Below, piece after piece: positions 9,054 to 18,543 of a DNA stretch of 64,000 nucleotides. This DNA comes from a bacterium (lineage in GTDB: Archaea; Micrarchaeota; Micrarchaeia; Micrarchaeales; CABMGC01): contig JAKBPE010000002.1 of NCBI GenBank assembly GCA_021829835.1, forward strand, positions 21,498 to 85,497. Reading direction: 5' to 3'. Position 1 is the stretch's first letter; each line of letters begins with the position of its first letter. The position numbers and the translations under genes are program-made. Under the pieces are notes generated by a model. That model did no database searches and was not told the origin of the DNA. It saw nothing but the letters and a program-made list of their open reading frames with translations.

Positions 9054-10235
9054 ATGTCTGAAAAAAGAAAAATAGGAAAACGAACTATAGCATTTACATC
9101 TGCTATAATGGTTCTGATGTACCTTGCAATACTGCCTCTGGCATCCGCACAGTCTACATCAAACACCTCAACTACGATACAGTCTACGTTATGTGGCATA
9201 ATTTCCACGATATCCTCTGTCATATTCATAATAGCGATATTCATGTTTGTCCTAGGCAGCATACTGTATGGTGTAGCGCATATGTTTCCTGCGGCTGGAA
9301 ATCTGAAAGGGTCTACACAAGGCTGGGGAATAGGAATGATAATAGGCGGAATAATAGCAATAGTGCTATACCTCCTTTCATCTTTTATAATAACGCATCT
9401 CGCATCGTTGAGCAATAACGGAGTAATACCTGCAATTTCGCAACAAGGCTGTTCAGGGGTAAGTTTCCTTGGTAACATAGTCGGCACTTCTACCTCTACA
9501 TCAGGCAGTTCATCTTCAGGAAGTACATCTTCCAGCTCCTTTGGCTCATCGATAGGCACAGGCTCCCAGGCTACCTCATCCGGAAGCTCTGCTTCAGCCA
9601 CTACCACCCCTATAAGCTATATAGCAGGCATAGGCGGAAGCTCAGCAGGCGGTTCATCAAATCCTCAAAACAGCTATGCAAAAACAGGACCTAATGGAAT
9701 ATTTCTTGAAAACGGAAATTTTTCTTCGGGAAGCTACTCCGGATGGAAAACATCCGGTTCAGGCTTCTCGGGTAAACCTACTGAGATAAATGTAGCAAAC
9801 CAGAATGGCGATTATTACAAAAATCCATGGTCTAATTATAATGGGGAATTCTTTGCCACAACATACCGCCAGAACTCCACTTATGAACCTGGAAATCTAA
9901 CCTCAAGCCAGTTTAAGGTAACAGAGCCATATCTGAATTTTAATATCATATCCGCAGGAACCAGCGGTTCATATGTGGCTATTCTGATTGGAAATTCTCC
10001 TTTTCTGGTACAGCATTACAATACCTCTAACGGCAAAGGCATAAATGGCACCGATACATTTGCAAATGCCAGCATAAATATAAGTTCATTATATGGGAAA
10101 AATATATCCGTAGAAGTGGTCTCGCAGACAAGCAGCCAAACAAGCAAAGGAGCATTCACTGCTGTAGGAGACTTCAGGCAATCGAATACATCAATAGCAA
10201 CTCCAGGCATTCTTGTTAACAGTACTATAGTATGA
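9054..10235 (+). CDS. Secreted or membrane protein: T4SS-pilin (VirB2/TrbC)-like two-helix N-terminal module, Ser-rich linker, beta-rich C-terminal domain
   Basis: Signal peptide ending LPLASA-QS is followed by two long hydrophobic helices separated by the loop PAAGNLKGSTQGWG. A poly-Ser/Gly linker and a roughly 200-aa sequon-rich domain follow. Confidence 0.5.
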   Translation: MSEKRKIGKRTIAFTSAIMVLMYLAILPLASAQSTSNTSTTIQSTLCGIISTISSVIFIIAIFMFVLGSILYGVAHMFPAAGNLKGSTQGWGIGMIIGGIIAIVLYLLSSFIITHLASLSNNGVIPAISQQGCSGVSFLGNIVGTSTSTSGSSSSGSTSSSSFGSSIGTGSQATSSGSSASATTTPISYIAGIGGSSAGGSSNPQNSYAKTGPNGIFLENGNFSSGSYSGWKTSGSGFSGKPTEINVANQNGDYYKNPWSNYNGEFFATTYRQNSTYEPGNLTSSQFKVTEPYLNFNIISAGTSGSYVAILIGNSPFLVQHYNTSNGKGINGTDTFANASINISSLYGKNISVEVVSQTSSQTSKGAFTAVGDFRQSNTSIATPGILVNSTIV

Positions 10236-10384
10236 TTCCTCAGGTTTCTATGGCAGGGATATACCTGTTTTTGCCGCAGGACAGATTCGGAAAGAACCTA
10301 TAACCTTTAAAACAGATTCTAAGGTCTAGCCTCCGATCTCTCTCCTCTGCAAAGCAATAAATACCTTGAATTGGATATCTCATC

Positions 10385-10620
10385 TGTGGTGTGCGAATGG
10401 CTTACGGTCTGAATAAGACTGAGGAAGCTCTCTCCATGCTAAGCCTGTATGGTCTAAGGCCTAATTCGGTACAGAAACGCACGGCTACGGTTTAAAACGA
10501 TGACGCTACGAGTTGCCGGTGCCGATGAAACGCGCCGATGCACAGGCGATGTGCATGCAAGGCAGAATGCCGCTTAGTCGAATGCCATCTAAAACAGAAG
10601 AGGGGCTATGGCACACCACA
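10385..10620 (+). ncRNA. rnpB: RNase P RNA, compact form (candidate)
   Basis: GC-rich island in an AT-rich intergenic region. A 10-bp terminal helix forms between UGUGGUGUGC and GCACACCACA (P1). AUGGCU pairs with GGCUAU (P2), and a CGGUCU-GAAUA-AGACUG hairpin fits P3. A CR-I-like GAGGAAGCUCUC sits 5' and a CR-V-like ACAGAAGAGGGGCUAUGG sits 3', with CUCUC/GAGGG able to form P4. Confidence 0.6.
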
Positions 10621-10626
10621 TATAGC

Positions 10627-12423
10627 CTATTTTTCTTCTATCTTTCTGCCTTCGTAAGTAATGACCTTTCCACGCAGAGATGAGGCTATCGCGGCTATAA
10701 ATGCCATTATTGCCCCGGATATGAATACTATGCTGAGTCCGTCCTGCAATGGTTTTGATATAATGTCAGGGAAGAACTCATTGCCGACTATCGTATTGAG
10801 ATTAGATGCTGGTATACTGCTCAGAACCGACTGCGGAAGAAGTGTCTTCATGGGATTATAGCCGAGGAATGCCGCAAACAAAGCAGCTGTAGGCGGAATC
10901 CTGGAAGCATTCAACGCAGCTGAACTACTGACATTCTCGGCCAGAAGCCCCGTATAGAGGGCATGAGGCAGGCTTTGCGAGAAACCCACTACCAGCATGC
11001 TGAAAAAGATTATCATGCTGAACATGAATGCTACATTGAATATTGAGCTAAGCATCCCTCCTACCGAGCCTCTGTTCTCAGGAGGCACAGAATTCATTAT
11101 AGAATTCATGTTAGGCGAGTTGAACATTCCTCCTCCAACTCCTATCATGAATATTATTACTGCGAATTCCATATAGTTGAAATTAAGTGGAATTGTAAAC
11201 ATAAGCAGGAATCCTATTGTTGCTATGAGCATTCCTGCAGTAGCCAAATATCTGGATCCATGCTTGTCAGATAGCCTTCCTGCAAGCGGGCCTGCAAGCA
11301 CAAATCCCAGTATCAAAGGTATCATATCTATTCCTGCGGCTAGAGGTGTATTCTCAAAACTCACGCCATGCATAGGCAGCCAGACTCCCTGCAGCCATAT
11401 TATTAGTATGAACTGAAGCCCTGATCTTGACATGTTTGAGAGAAATTGGCTCAGTGCTCCTGCTCCGAACTCCCTTATCTTAAAGAGCTCAAGCTTGAAC
11501 ATCGGATCCCTGCTTCTCAATTCTATGAATATGAACCCTATCATTGTTGCTATACCAGCAAGAATGCCTAGCTCTACAAACGGGCTGCCCCATCCCATGC
11601 TGCTATTTCCATAAGGCAGAAGGCCATATGTCAGAGATATCAGAAGCAGAACCAATGAAGCCGCGAATGTAATTATTCCGGGCAGGTCGATTTTCTGATC
11701 TTTTCTTATTGTGGCTACCTCGTGCAGACTCATGTATGCCCATATTGTGCCTATTATCCCTATTGGGACATTGATTGTGAATATAAGATGCCAGTCTATT
11801 GAAGCAAGTATGCCTCCGAGGACAAGGCCTATAAGGCTTCCTCCAACAAAGCCTACCTGCGATATCCCCAACCCGGTGCCTCTCTCCTTGTGTGGGAATG
11901 CATCTACTATTATGGCGCTGTAATTGGAAAGCATGAATGCTCCTCCGACAGCTTGCACTACCCTGAAGAGTATCATGGCCAATGCGCCACTTACTCCCTG
12001 TATCAGATATGAAGAGAGGAAGAGCAGTAACGATCCTATGGCGAATATCAGAAATCCTGCATTATATATCTTGACTCTGCCTATCATGTCAGATATTCTT
12101 CCAAGAGCAGCAGTCAGTGCAGCTATCACTACCGTATATCCTAAGAGAAGCCAGAGAAGCAGGCTTATATTCGCAGGAACCAAGGGGTTCACTCCAAGTC
12201 CCTTGAATATGGCAGGAAGCGCTATCAGGAGTATGCTTCCGTCAAGCCCTATCATGAATGCTCCAAGGGTGGTATTGCTGAGCGCCAGCCATTTGTAATT
12301 CTTTCCATACTTCTTCTCGCGCTCTTCGGCCTCAACGTCATACTTTGTGCTTGCCTTTATTGTAGTATTCTCAACCATAAAAACCAGTGAAGAATCGAAT
12401 TGTAAAGCAAATTGTATATTCAA
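10627..12423 (-). CDS. MFS transporter, 14-TMS drug:H+ antiporter (EmrB/QacA-like)
   Basis: 598-aa polytopic protein with MFS motif A-like GRISDMIGRVKIY and GRLSDKHGSRY. The true start may be the internal MVENTT. Confidence 0.85.
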   Translation of the reverse strand: MNIQFALQFDSSLVFMVENTTIKASTKYDVEAEEREKKYGKNYKWLALSNTTLGAFMIGLDGSILLIALPAIFKGLGVNPLVPANISLLLWLLLGYTVVIAALTAALGRISDMIGRVKIYNAGFLIFAIGSLLLFLSSYLIQGVSGALAMILFRVVQAVGGAFMLSNYSAIIVDAFPHKERGTGLGISQVGFVGGSLIGLVLGGILASIDWHLIFTINVPIGIIGTIWAYMSLHEVATIRKDQKIDLPGIITFAASLVLLLISLTYGLLPYGNSSMGWGSPFVELGILAGIATMIGFIFIELRSRDPMFKLELFKIREFGAGALSQFLSNMSRSGLQFILIIWLQGVWLPMHGVSFENTPLAAGIDMIPLILGFVLAGPLAGRLSDKHGSRYLATAGMLIATIGFLLMFTIPLNFNYMEFAVIIFMIGVGGGMFNSPNMNSIMNSVPPENRGSVGGMLSSIFNVAFMFSMIIFFSMLVVGFSQSLPHALYTGLLAENVSSSAALNASRIPPTAALFAAFLGYNPMKTLLPQSVLSSIPASNLNTIVGNEFFPDIISKPLQDGLSIVFISGAIMAFIAAIASSLRGKVITYEGRKIEEK

Positions 12424-12508
12424 CCGTATATCTATTTAGCCTTTATCCAATCTCAGCAGGAGAATTCTTCCGATAGTATTGCTTGACAACAAACCTCTGA
12501 ATTACATA

Positions 12509-13393
12509 CTACTTATGCTCTTCAAGCATGCGCATTATCTGCTCTTTTGTAGGCATGGCCTGTTTTACCAGAGGTCCATTCTTAAGTGTTATGTCAAGCT
12601 CTTCATAGGAAGGCCTATCTGTCTTGTAGAAAAGCCCTATAGGTATCTTCTCCCATTTTGTCTGAGAGTCTTCAACCGCTTTCTCAAAAGCAGCTCCAAG
12701 ATTTGAAGGGTCATGATTTGACTGGTCCAGCTTGTATATTCTAGGGCGGAACCACTCATAGGTATTGTCATGGTTGAATGTTACGCATGGACTGAATACA
12801 TCTACAAGCGCGAATCCCTTATGCTGTATGGCTCCTTTTATAAGCTCCGCAAGGTGTACAGTGTCTCCTGAAAATCCTCTGGCAACATATGTTGCACCTG
12901 CGCTTATGGCAAGTGCCAATGGGCTTACAGGCATCTCAATGGCTCCAAAAGGAGTAGACTTTGTCTTATGCCCCATTATTGCAGTAGGCGATGTCTGTCC
13001 TGTTGTAAGACCGTATGTCTCATTGTCCATGACTATATATGTAAGGTCTATGTTTCTTCTGGCTGTGTGGATAAGATGGCCTACTCCTATACCATAGCCG
13101 TCACCGTCACCGCCGGTGCCTATTACTGTAAGATCATGATTTGCCAGCTTGACTCCAGAAGCGACAGGAAGAAGCCTTCCGTGAAGGCTGTGTATTCCAT
13201 AAGTGCCGAAAGTCTGAGGCATTGCAGAACTGCATCCTATTCCCGAAACTATAACTGCATTGCTCTTGTCAACCTTGAGATCTGTAAGCGCCTTGGTTAT
13301 CGCCGCAAAGACTCCGTAGTCTCCGCATCCCGGGCACCATATGGGCTTCACTCCTGATGCATAAACCTGTTTTGTAGTTGCTTCTATTACCAT
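12509..13393 (-). CDS. 2-oxoacid:ferredoxin oxidoreductase, beta subunit (TPP-binding)
   Basis: N-terminal CPGCGDYG and TPP motif GTGGDGDGYGIG. The gene lies directly downstream of the alpha subunit. Confidence 0.9.
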   Translation of the reverse strand: MVIEATTKQVYASGVKPIWCPGCGDYGVFAAITKALTDLKVDKSNAVIVSGIGCSSAMPQTFGTYGIHSLHGRLLPVASGVKLANHDLTVIGTGGDGDGYGIGVGHLIHTARRNIDLTYIVMDNETYGLTTGQTSPTAIMGHKTKSTPFGAIEMPVSPLALAISAGATYVARGFSGDTVHLAELIKGAIQHKGFALVDVFSPCVTFNHDNTYEWFRPRIYKLDQSNHDPSNLGAAFEKAVEDSQTKWEKIPIGLFYKTDRPSYEELDITLKNGPLVKQAMPTKEQIMRMLEEHK

Positions 13394-13397
13394 ATGC

Positions 13398-15161
13398 TCA
13401 CCTTGAAAATTCCTTTAAGAGAGGAAGCGCTTTCTCCGCAATGCCCTCTCCCGTCACTGCCTCCCCGTCATATTCAAGTACTCTCTTTTCTATCTCTATT
13501 CCTGTATTCATCATTATTACCTGGGCAAGCTGTGCTGTATAGTTAACTTCAACGTCTATCAGCTTTCTCCCCTCAAGCATCTTTCTTACCTTATCCTTGT
13601 CCAGAGGCATAAGATAGCTGAAGGATATGACTCCTGTCTTGAATCCTTTTCCGCTAAGCAGTTCAGCCGCTTCCATGGCCGGTTCTGTGGTGGATCCGAA
13701 TGTCACCAGGAAGAAGTCAGAGTCTTCCTTGTATATGCTTGGGACGAATATCTTCTCATTCTTAAGCATGGTATCTATCTTTGTCATCCTCTTCCTCATC
13801 ATCTTTCTCCTTACCTCAACGTATCTGTCTATGCCTGAAAGTGCATCGCTTACAAGGTCACCATATTCATCATGTTCGTCGCTGGGCGCAACGAATTCTG
13901 TGCCTGGAGTTCCGGGATGCGACCTTGGCGATATGCCGTCTTCAGTATAAAGATACCTCTTAAATTTGCCGCTCTCAGGATTGCTTGTTGCTACCTTCCC
14001 TCTGTCTATGCTTATAGCGTCTATGTCAAATCCATCTACCGTTTCAACATGCTCAGATATGTAAAGATCCATCAGTATTATAACAGGGCATTGGTATCTC
14101 TCTGCAAGATTGAACGCTTCGCTGCCTATATAGAAAGCCTCCTCCACGCTTCTCGGCGATACAACTATCCTGGGAAACTCTCCCTGCGACGCATGCATGA
14201 CGAAAAGAAGATCTCCCTGCTCTGTCTTTGTAGGCAGTCCTGTGCTAGGTCCTGTCCTCTGCGATTCTACGACAACAAGCGGCACTTCAAGCATGCCTGC
14301 AAAACCCAATCCCTCAACCATAAGCGAGAATCCCCCTCCGCTTGTGCCGCACATGGCCCTGACTCCGGTATTGGCGGCGCCTACTGCCATGTTTATCGCT
14401 GCTATTTCATCCTCCGTCTGCTTGAAGAAGACTCCTCTGTCGGCATGTGCTGCAAACCAATGGAGTATGCTGCTTGCAGGAGTCATAGGATATGCCGAAT
14501 AGAAATTGCATCCGCTTGCATATGCTCCTATGGCAAGAGCCGTATTCCCATCAAGCATGTATCTCTGCCTTCCGTCGCTTTTTATGCTGTGCATCTTTTC
14601 AAATTTAACCGAATCGAATCCCTCCTTTGCTGCCTTTATGTTGTTTTCAACTATCTTGTTGCCCTTTCTTGAAAACATTGCAGTTATTACGCTTTCAAAT
14701 ATCTTGAAGTCTATGCCTATTATCTTCATGGCGCTTCCTATAGCTACAGTATTCCTCATTATAGGATCTCCGCTAACTCTTACCGCTATTTCAAGCATCT
14801 GCACAGGGACAAGCCTGTATTTTGAAGAATCAAGCGAATCTACCTTAACCTTATCCGGATCATATACTACAGCTGCATTCTCGCTCAAGTGGCTTGCCTG
14901 ATTTGCTATACCATCCTGATTAAGCGCAATCAGCACATCAATACTGTTTCCATGGCTGCGGAGCCTTTCATCAGAATCTCCTATCCTGACCTGGAACCAG
15001 ACGTGTCCTCCTCTTATTATTGATTGGTATCCTCTGTAACCGAAAGCCTGCATGCCGTTCTTAGCGGCGAGCTTCATCAGAAGGGCTCCGCTCGATTCAA
15101 CACCGTCTCCATTGGCTCCTGCTATCCTTACCGTAACACTTGTCATAAAGTTCGCCTGCAT
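13398..15161 (-). CDS. 2-oxoacid:ferredoxin oxidoreductase, alpha subunit (fused gamma/alpha type)
   Basis: 587 aa with N-terminal gamma-like RIAGANGDGVESSG and a pyruvate:ferredoxin-oxidoreductase core (YPMTPAS, GGGFSLM). This is the two-subunit archaeal OFOR arrangement. Confidence 0.9.
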   Translation of the reverse strand: MQANFMTSVTVRIAGANGDGVESSGALLMKLAAKNGMQAFGYRGYQSIIRGGHVWFQVRIGDSDERLRSHGNSIDVLIALNQDGIANQASHLSENAAVVYDPDKVKVDSLDSSKYRLVPVQMLEIAVRVSGDPIMRNTVAIGSAMKIIGIDFKIFESVITAMFSRKGNKIVENNIKAAKEGFDSVKFEKMHSIKSDGRQRYMLDGNTALAIGAYASGCNFYSAYPMTPASSILHWFAAHADRGVFFKQTEDEIAAINMAVGAANTGVRAMCGTSGGGFSLMVEGLGFAGMLEVPLVVVESQRTGPSTGLPTKTEQGDLLFVMHASQGEFPRIVVSPRSVEEAFYIGSEAFNLAERYQCPVIILMDLYISEHVETVDGFDIDAISIDRGKVATSNPESGKFKRYLYTEDGISPRSHPGTPGTEFVAPSDEHDEYGDLVSDALSGIDRYVEVRRKMMRKRMTKIDTMLKNEKIFVPSIYKEDSDFFLVTFGSTTEPAMEAAELLSGKGFKTGVISFSYLMPLDKDKVRKMLEGRKLIDVEVNYTAQLAQVIMMNTGIEIEKRVLEYDGEAVTGEGIAEKALPLLKEFSR

Positions 15162-15341
15162 ATTTCATTGAAGGTCAGCTTTATAATATTATTTATCAAT
15201 GTTCTGCGAATGACGTTAATCGATTAAGCCATCTCCTGCATCTAAGATTCCTGAAGAGACAGCCTTCTAAAAACCAAAAATGAAAAATCGCAATGTTTAT
15301 ATTCTATTTGGTTTTATCTAATCTAAAAACAATGTGGTCAA

Positions 15342-18300
15342 TTGGAAAATATACTTAACAATCCATCTGTAAAAATAGGGCTTATACTGTCTCTGATGTT
15401 TTTAGTAGTTGTAAATGCACAGGTATCAGCTACATTGAATTCAATCCCTGCCTTTCCTGCAAATATAGACGTAGGCCAGAATGTTATCTTTACAGCCAAC
15501 ATCTTAGGCACAACTGCAACTCCATATACATACAACTTTCTGATATACAACAGCATAACTGGCGCTGTAGTTGCTAACCAGTTATACACCGGAGTCTCTT
15601 CAACTTCAAACACATTCGTCTGGCTTCCTCTGGCTCCGAATTCTCTCTTAGAAGCAAATGTCATAATCTCAGATTCCGGCACAAACACTGTAAACAGCAT
15701 AATGCTCACAGGCCTGAATGTGAATCCATCACTGGAAGTATTCCCAATAAATATATCTTCTCAGGAATCAGCCTCAAACTCAATACCCAATATGGCCAAT
15801 GTAATACTGGATTCAGGCGAAAGCGCATATGTGAACCTTCTCTGGTCAGGAGGCACTCCGCCATATACTGCAAAAACCTACACTTCCAATTCCTTATCGT
15901 GCAGCTCATCATCCACTCTGCTTAACACATCTACAACCAGCAACACCTTCCTGCATCTAAAAGTATCTCCTACAGCAACCACCTCCTACTGCTACACTGT
16001 TACAGATTCGGCAGCCAATCCTGTAACTGGTTCCAATACTCCACAACCAGCAAAAATAGTAGTGAATCCAGCACTCGCTTCTGTAATAGTATCTTCATCA
16101 AGTTCAAATATAAATTCAGGAGAACAAGTCACCCTGAATGCTTCATGGACTGGTGGCACTCCTCCATTCGCAGCATATCTCTACGAATCTGGCACTTCCC
16201 AATGCGGCTCAACATTCAAACTTCTCCAGAAGAAGAGCGGGATATCATCTAACACGGTCTCATTTAATGCTATCCCTTCATCAAGCGGATATTACTGCGT
16301 TTCAGTTTCAGACAGTGCAGTTGATCCTTCTGTCGCATATATAATTAACAGCACGAAGCTTAATGAGCCTTCAGGAATTGCCTTATCCAGATCAGGAGGA
16401 AATCTATATGTGGCAAATTATTACAATCATCTTACTGTTCTTTCTAATGTTACCATAATAAACATATCAACCAAGGCAGCAGTAGGCGTTGTCTCGGATC
16501 CATTTGCGCCAACCGCAAACGTATTCCATCCTAACGGGGTCGAATTTTCCCCATCGGGCGCATATGCATACATAAGCAATTCTGGCGGTTCAAATATTTT
16601 TATTATGAATACCTCTACAAATACTATCATCAGGTCCATAAACGAGTCTGTAATCAATGGTACATTTCCATTTCCAGAGTCGACAGCGTTCAACAACGCC
16701 GGAACATACGCATACGAAGCAAATTATGGGAATAGCACAGTAAGCATAATAAATACCTCTGCAAACACTATAACTCATACTATATTTGGAGGGTTATTAT
16801 CAAGTCCATTCAGCATTAAGATTGCGCCATCAGGAGCATACGCCTACGTTTCAAATTTAGGTTCATCAAATGTAGTGGTTTTAAACACATCCAGCAACAC
16901 CATTACCGCATCACTTCTAGCAGTATTCAACTCACCACGAGGAATAGTCTTCTCACCATCAGGTGCTTATGCTTACATCCCAAACAACAATGCAGGCATA
17001 TCAGTAATAAACACAACAACAAGAGCAAATTACACTTACCTCTCTGCAACCTCTTATACTCTTTCTGGTCCGAATGGCATTGCCCTATCCCCATCAGGCA
17101 AAACCGCATATGTAACATATGGAACTAATAACATAATGGTGCTTAATACAGGGATTAAAAGCAATGAGACGGCCTCGTCTGTTCACGTCCAAGTGAACTC
17201 ACCTCCTGCACCTTCTTCAGCGCCGCAAATATACGATGTTAAGATAAACGACAGTGTCTCAAACGCATCATCTTCAAATGTTCCTGTTGTGACAGCATAC
17301 CTGCTTTCCTCTTCTGGAAAGCTAATCTCCACAAATCAGTACATGCAGAACCAGATGCCTGCCATAATCTCAATAACAAGCCCAGAGTACGTGGTATTTT
17401 CATTTGCATGCAGTTTTACTTCGGGAGGCATGTCATACAGCTTTGCAGATAATGTATATGGGATCGGCATGACCAATGGCTGCGGAAGCAACTACACCCT
17501 GGTAGGCGGCACAAGAACAATCATCTATTCAGAAACGGCAAAGACTGAAAACGTTACAAAAACTTCCAATGTTACAGTCACAGTAACTAAAGAAAAACCT
17601 ACTCTTGAATTTGTAAAGGAGTGTTCAAATTTCCAATACAACGCTTCCATTTCCAACACCTGCTCAACAGAAGCTGAAATCTCTACTCCTGAAAATCAGC
17701 TTAAAGCCCAACTATATCTAAACAATCTCCTAGTAGGCAATACTTCCACAATTATAACTGATAATGTAAGTCTTCCAGGAAACTACACCTTCCGCTTTGC
17801 AACCCAAGGAAATGGGAATTATACCAATGCAAGCATATCCTACACATTTGCTATAACTGCTCCTATAAACATTTCAAAACAGAGAAACAGTACGCCACCA
17901 CAACCACATGTACTTACAATAAATCTCCACAATCAAGCATATGCAAGCTTAAACAATCTTTCCGTATCAAGCAACACTACACTCGAAATAAATTCGACTA
18001 ATGAGAAAGCTTTCATACGCATATCTTCAGAAAATCAGAGTGGTCCGTTCTCATTGAAGATAATCAATGCAACAAATATCTCAGCGGCAACTCCCGCAGG
18101 AATGAAGGTAATATCTGCAATCAACATCACCCTGAATTCAAATTCATCCAACAGTATGACTCTGAATATGACAATGGGTTACTCCTGCAATAACGGATTC
18201 AAATCTGTAAGCCCATACATACTTAAAAACTCTGTCTGGACTCCTATTACCAATTACCATATAAACAACTCCACATGCCAGATATCATTTGAGATACCTT

Positions 18301-18458
18301 CCGATCCAGTAGTAGGCCTCCTCGCAGTTCTTCCTTCACATACTGTGAACAATCCAAGCGGTTCAGTTGTCCTCTGGGTAGTTATTCTAGTAGTTATTAT
18401 AATAATTCTGGCAATCATCTACCTTTTGAAAAGGCCGCAAAGAAGAAAGTTCAAGTAA
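15342..18458 (+). CDS. Surface protein with YVTN-type beta-propeller repeats and a C-terminal membrane anchor
   Basis: Signal peptide. Repeated roughly 40-aa units of the type PSGAYAYVSNLGSSNVVVLNTSSNTI. Ig-like Ser/Thr-rich regions and many sequons. C-terminal TM helix VVLWVVILVVIIIILAIIYLL followed by KRPQRRKFK. Confidence 0.75.
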   Translation: MENILNNPSVKIGLILSLMFLVVVNAQVSATLNSIPAFPANIDVGQNVIFTANILGTTATPYTYNFLIYNSITGAVVANQLYTGVSSTSNTFVWLPLAPNSLLEANVIISDSGTNTVNSIMLTGLNVNPSLEVFPINISSQESASNSIPNMANVILDSGESAYVNLLWSGGTPPYTAKTYTSNSLSCSSSSTLLNTSTTSNTFLHLKVSPTATTSYCYTVTDSAANPVTGSNTPQPAKIVVNPALASVIVSSSSSNINSGEQVTLNASWTGGTPPFAAYLYESGTSQCGSTFKLLQKKSGISSNTVSFNAIPSSSGYYCVSVSDSAVDPSVAYIINSTKLNEPSGIALSRSGGNLYVANYYNHLTVLSNVTIINISTKAAVGVVSDPFAPTANVFHPNGVEFSPSGAYAYISNSGGSNIFIMNTSTNTIIRSINESVINGTFPFPESTAFNNAGTYAYEANYGNSTVSIINTSANTITHTIFGGLLSSPFSIKIAPSGAYAYVSNLGSSNVVVLNTSSNTITASLLAVFNSPRGIVFSPSGAYAYIPNNNAGISVINTTTRANYTYLSATSYTLSGPNGIALSPSGKTAYVTYGTNNIMVLNTGIKSNETASSVHVQVNSPPAPSSAPQIYDVKINDSVSNASSSNVPVVTAYLLSSSGKLISTNQYMQNQMPAIISITSPEYVVFSFACSFTSGGMSYSFADNVYGIGMTNGCGSNYTLVGGTRTIIYSETAKTENVTKTSNVTVTVTKEKPTLEFVKECSNFQYNASISNTCSTEAEISTPENQLKAQLYLNNLLVGNTSTIITDNVSLPGNYTFRFATQGNGNYTNASISYTFAITAPINISKQRNSTPPQPHVLTINLHNQAYASLNNLSVSSNTTLEINSTNEKAFIRISSENQSGPFSLKIINATNISAATPAGMKVISAINITLNSNSSNSMTLNMTMGYSCNNGFKSVSPYILKNSVWTPITNYHINNSTCQISFEIPSDPVVGLLAVLPSHTVNNPSGSVVLWVVILVVIIIILAIIYLLKRPQRRKFK

Positions 18459-18543
18459 AAACCTGTAAATTTCAACATAGCCGCACCATTGGGCAATGCA
18501 TATAAATTGAAAGTATCCATCAATAGATAAAAATGGGCATAGA

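Noticed and set aside
10385-10620. Reading the GC-rich structured island as SRP (7S) RNA.
   Set aside because: The region shows some 4.5S-like words (GAUGACGC, UGCCGG, CAAGGCAGA). However, the helix 8 core (GGAA tetraloop flanked by AGGUCC and AGCAGC) is absent. The order GAGGAAG...ACAGAA-GAGGG-GCUAU, with closing P1 and P2 helices, fits RNase P better.
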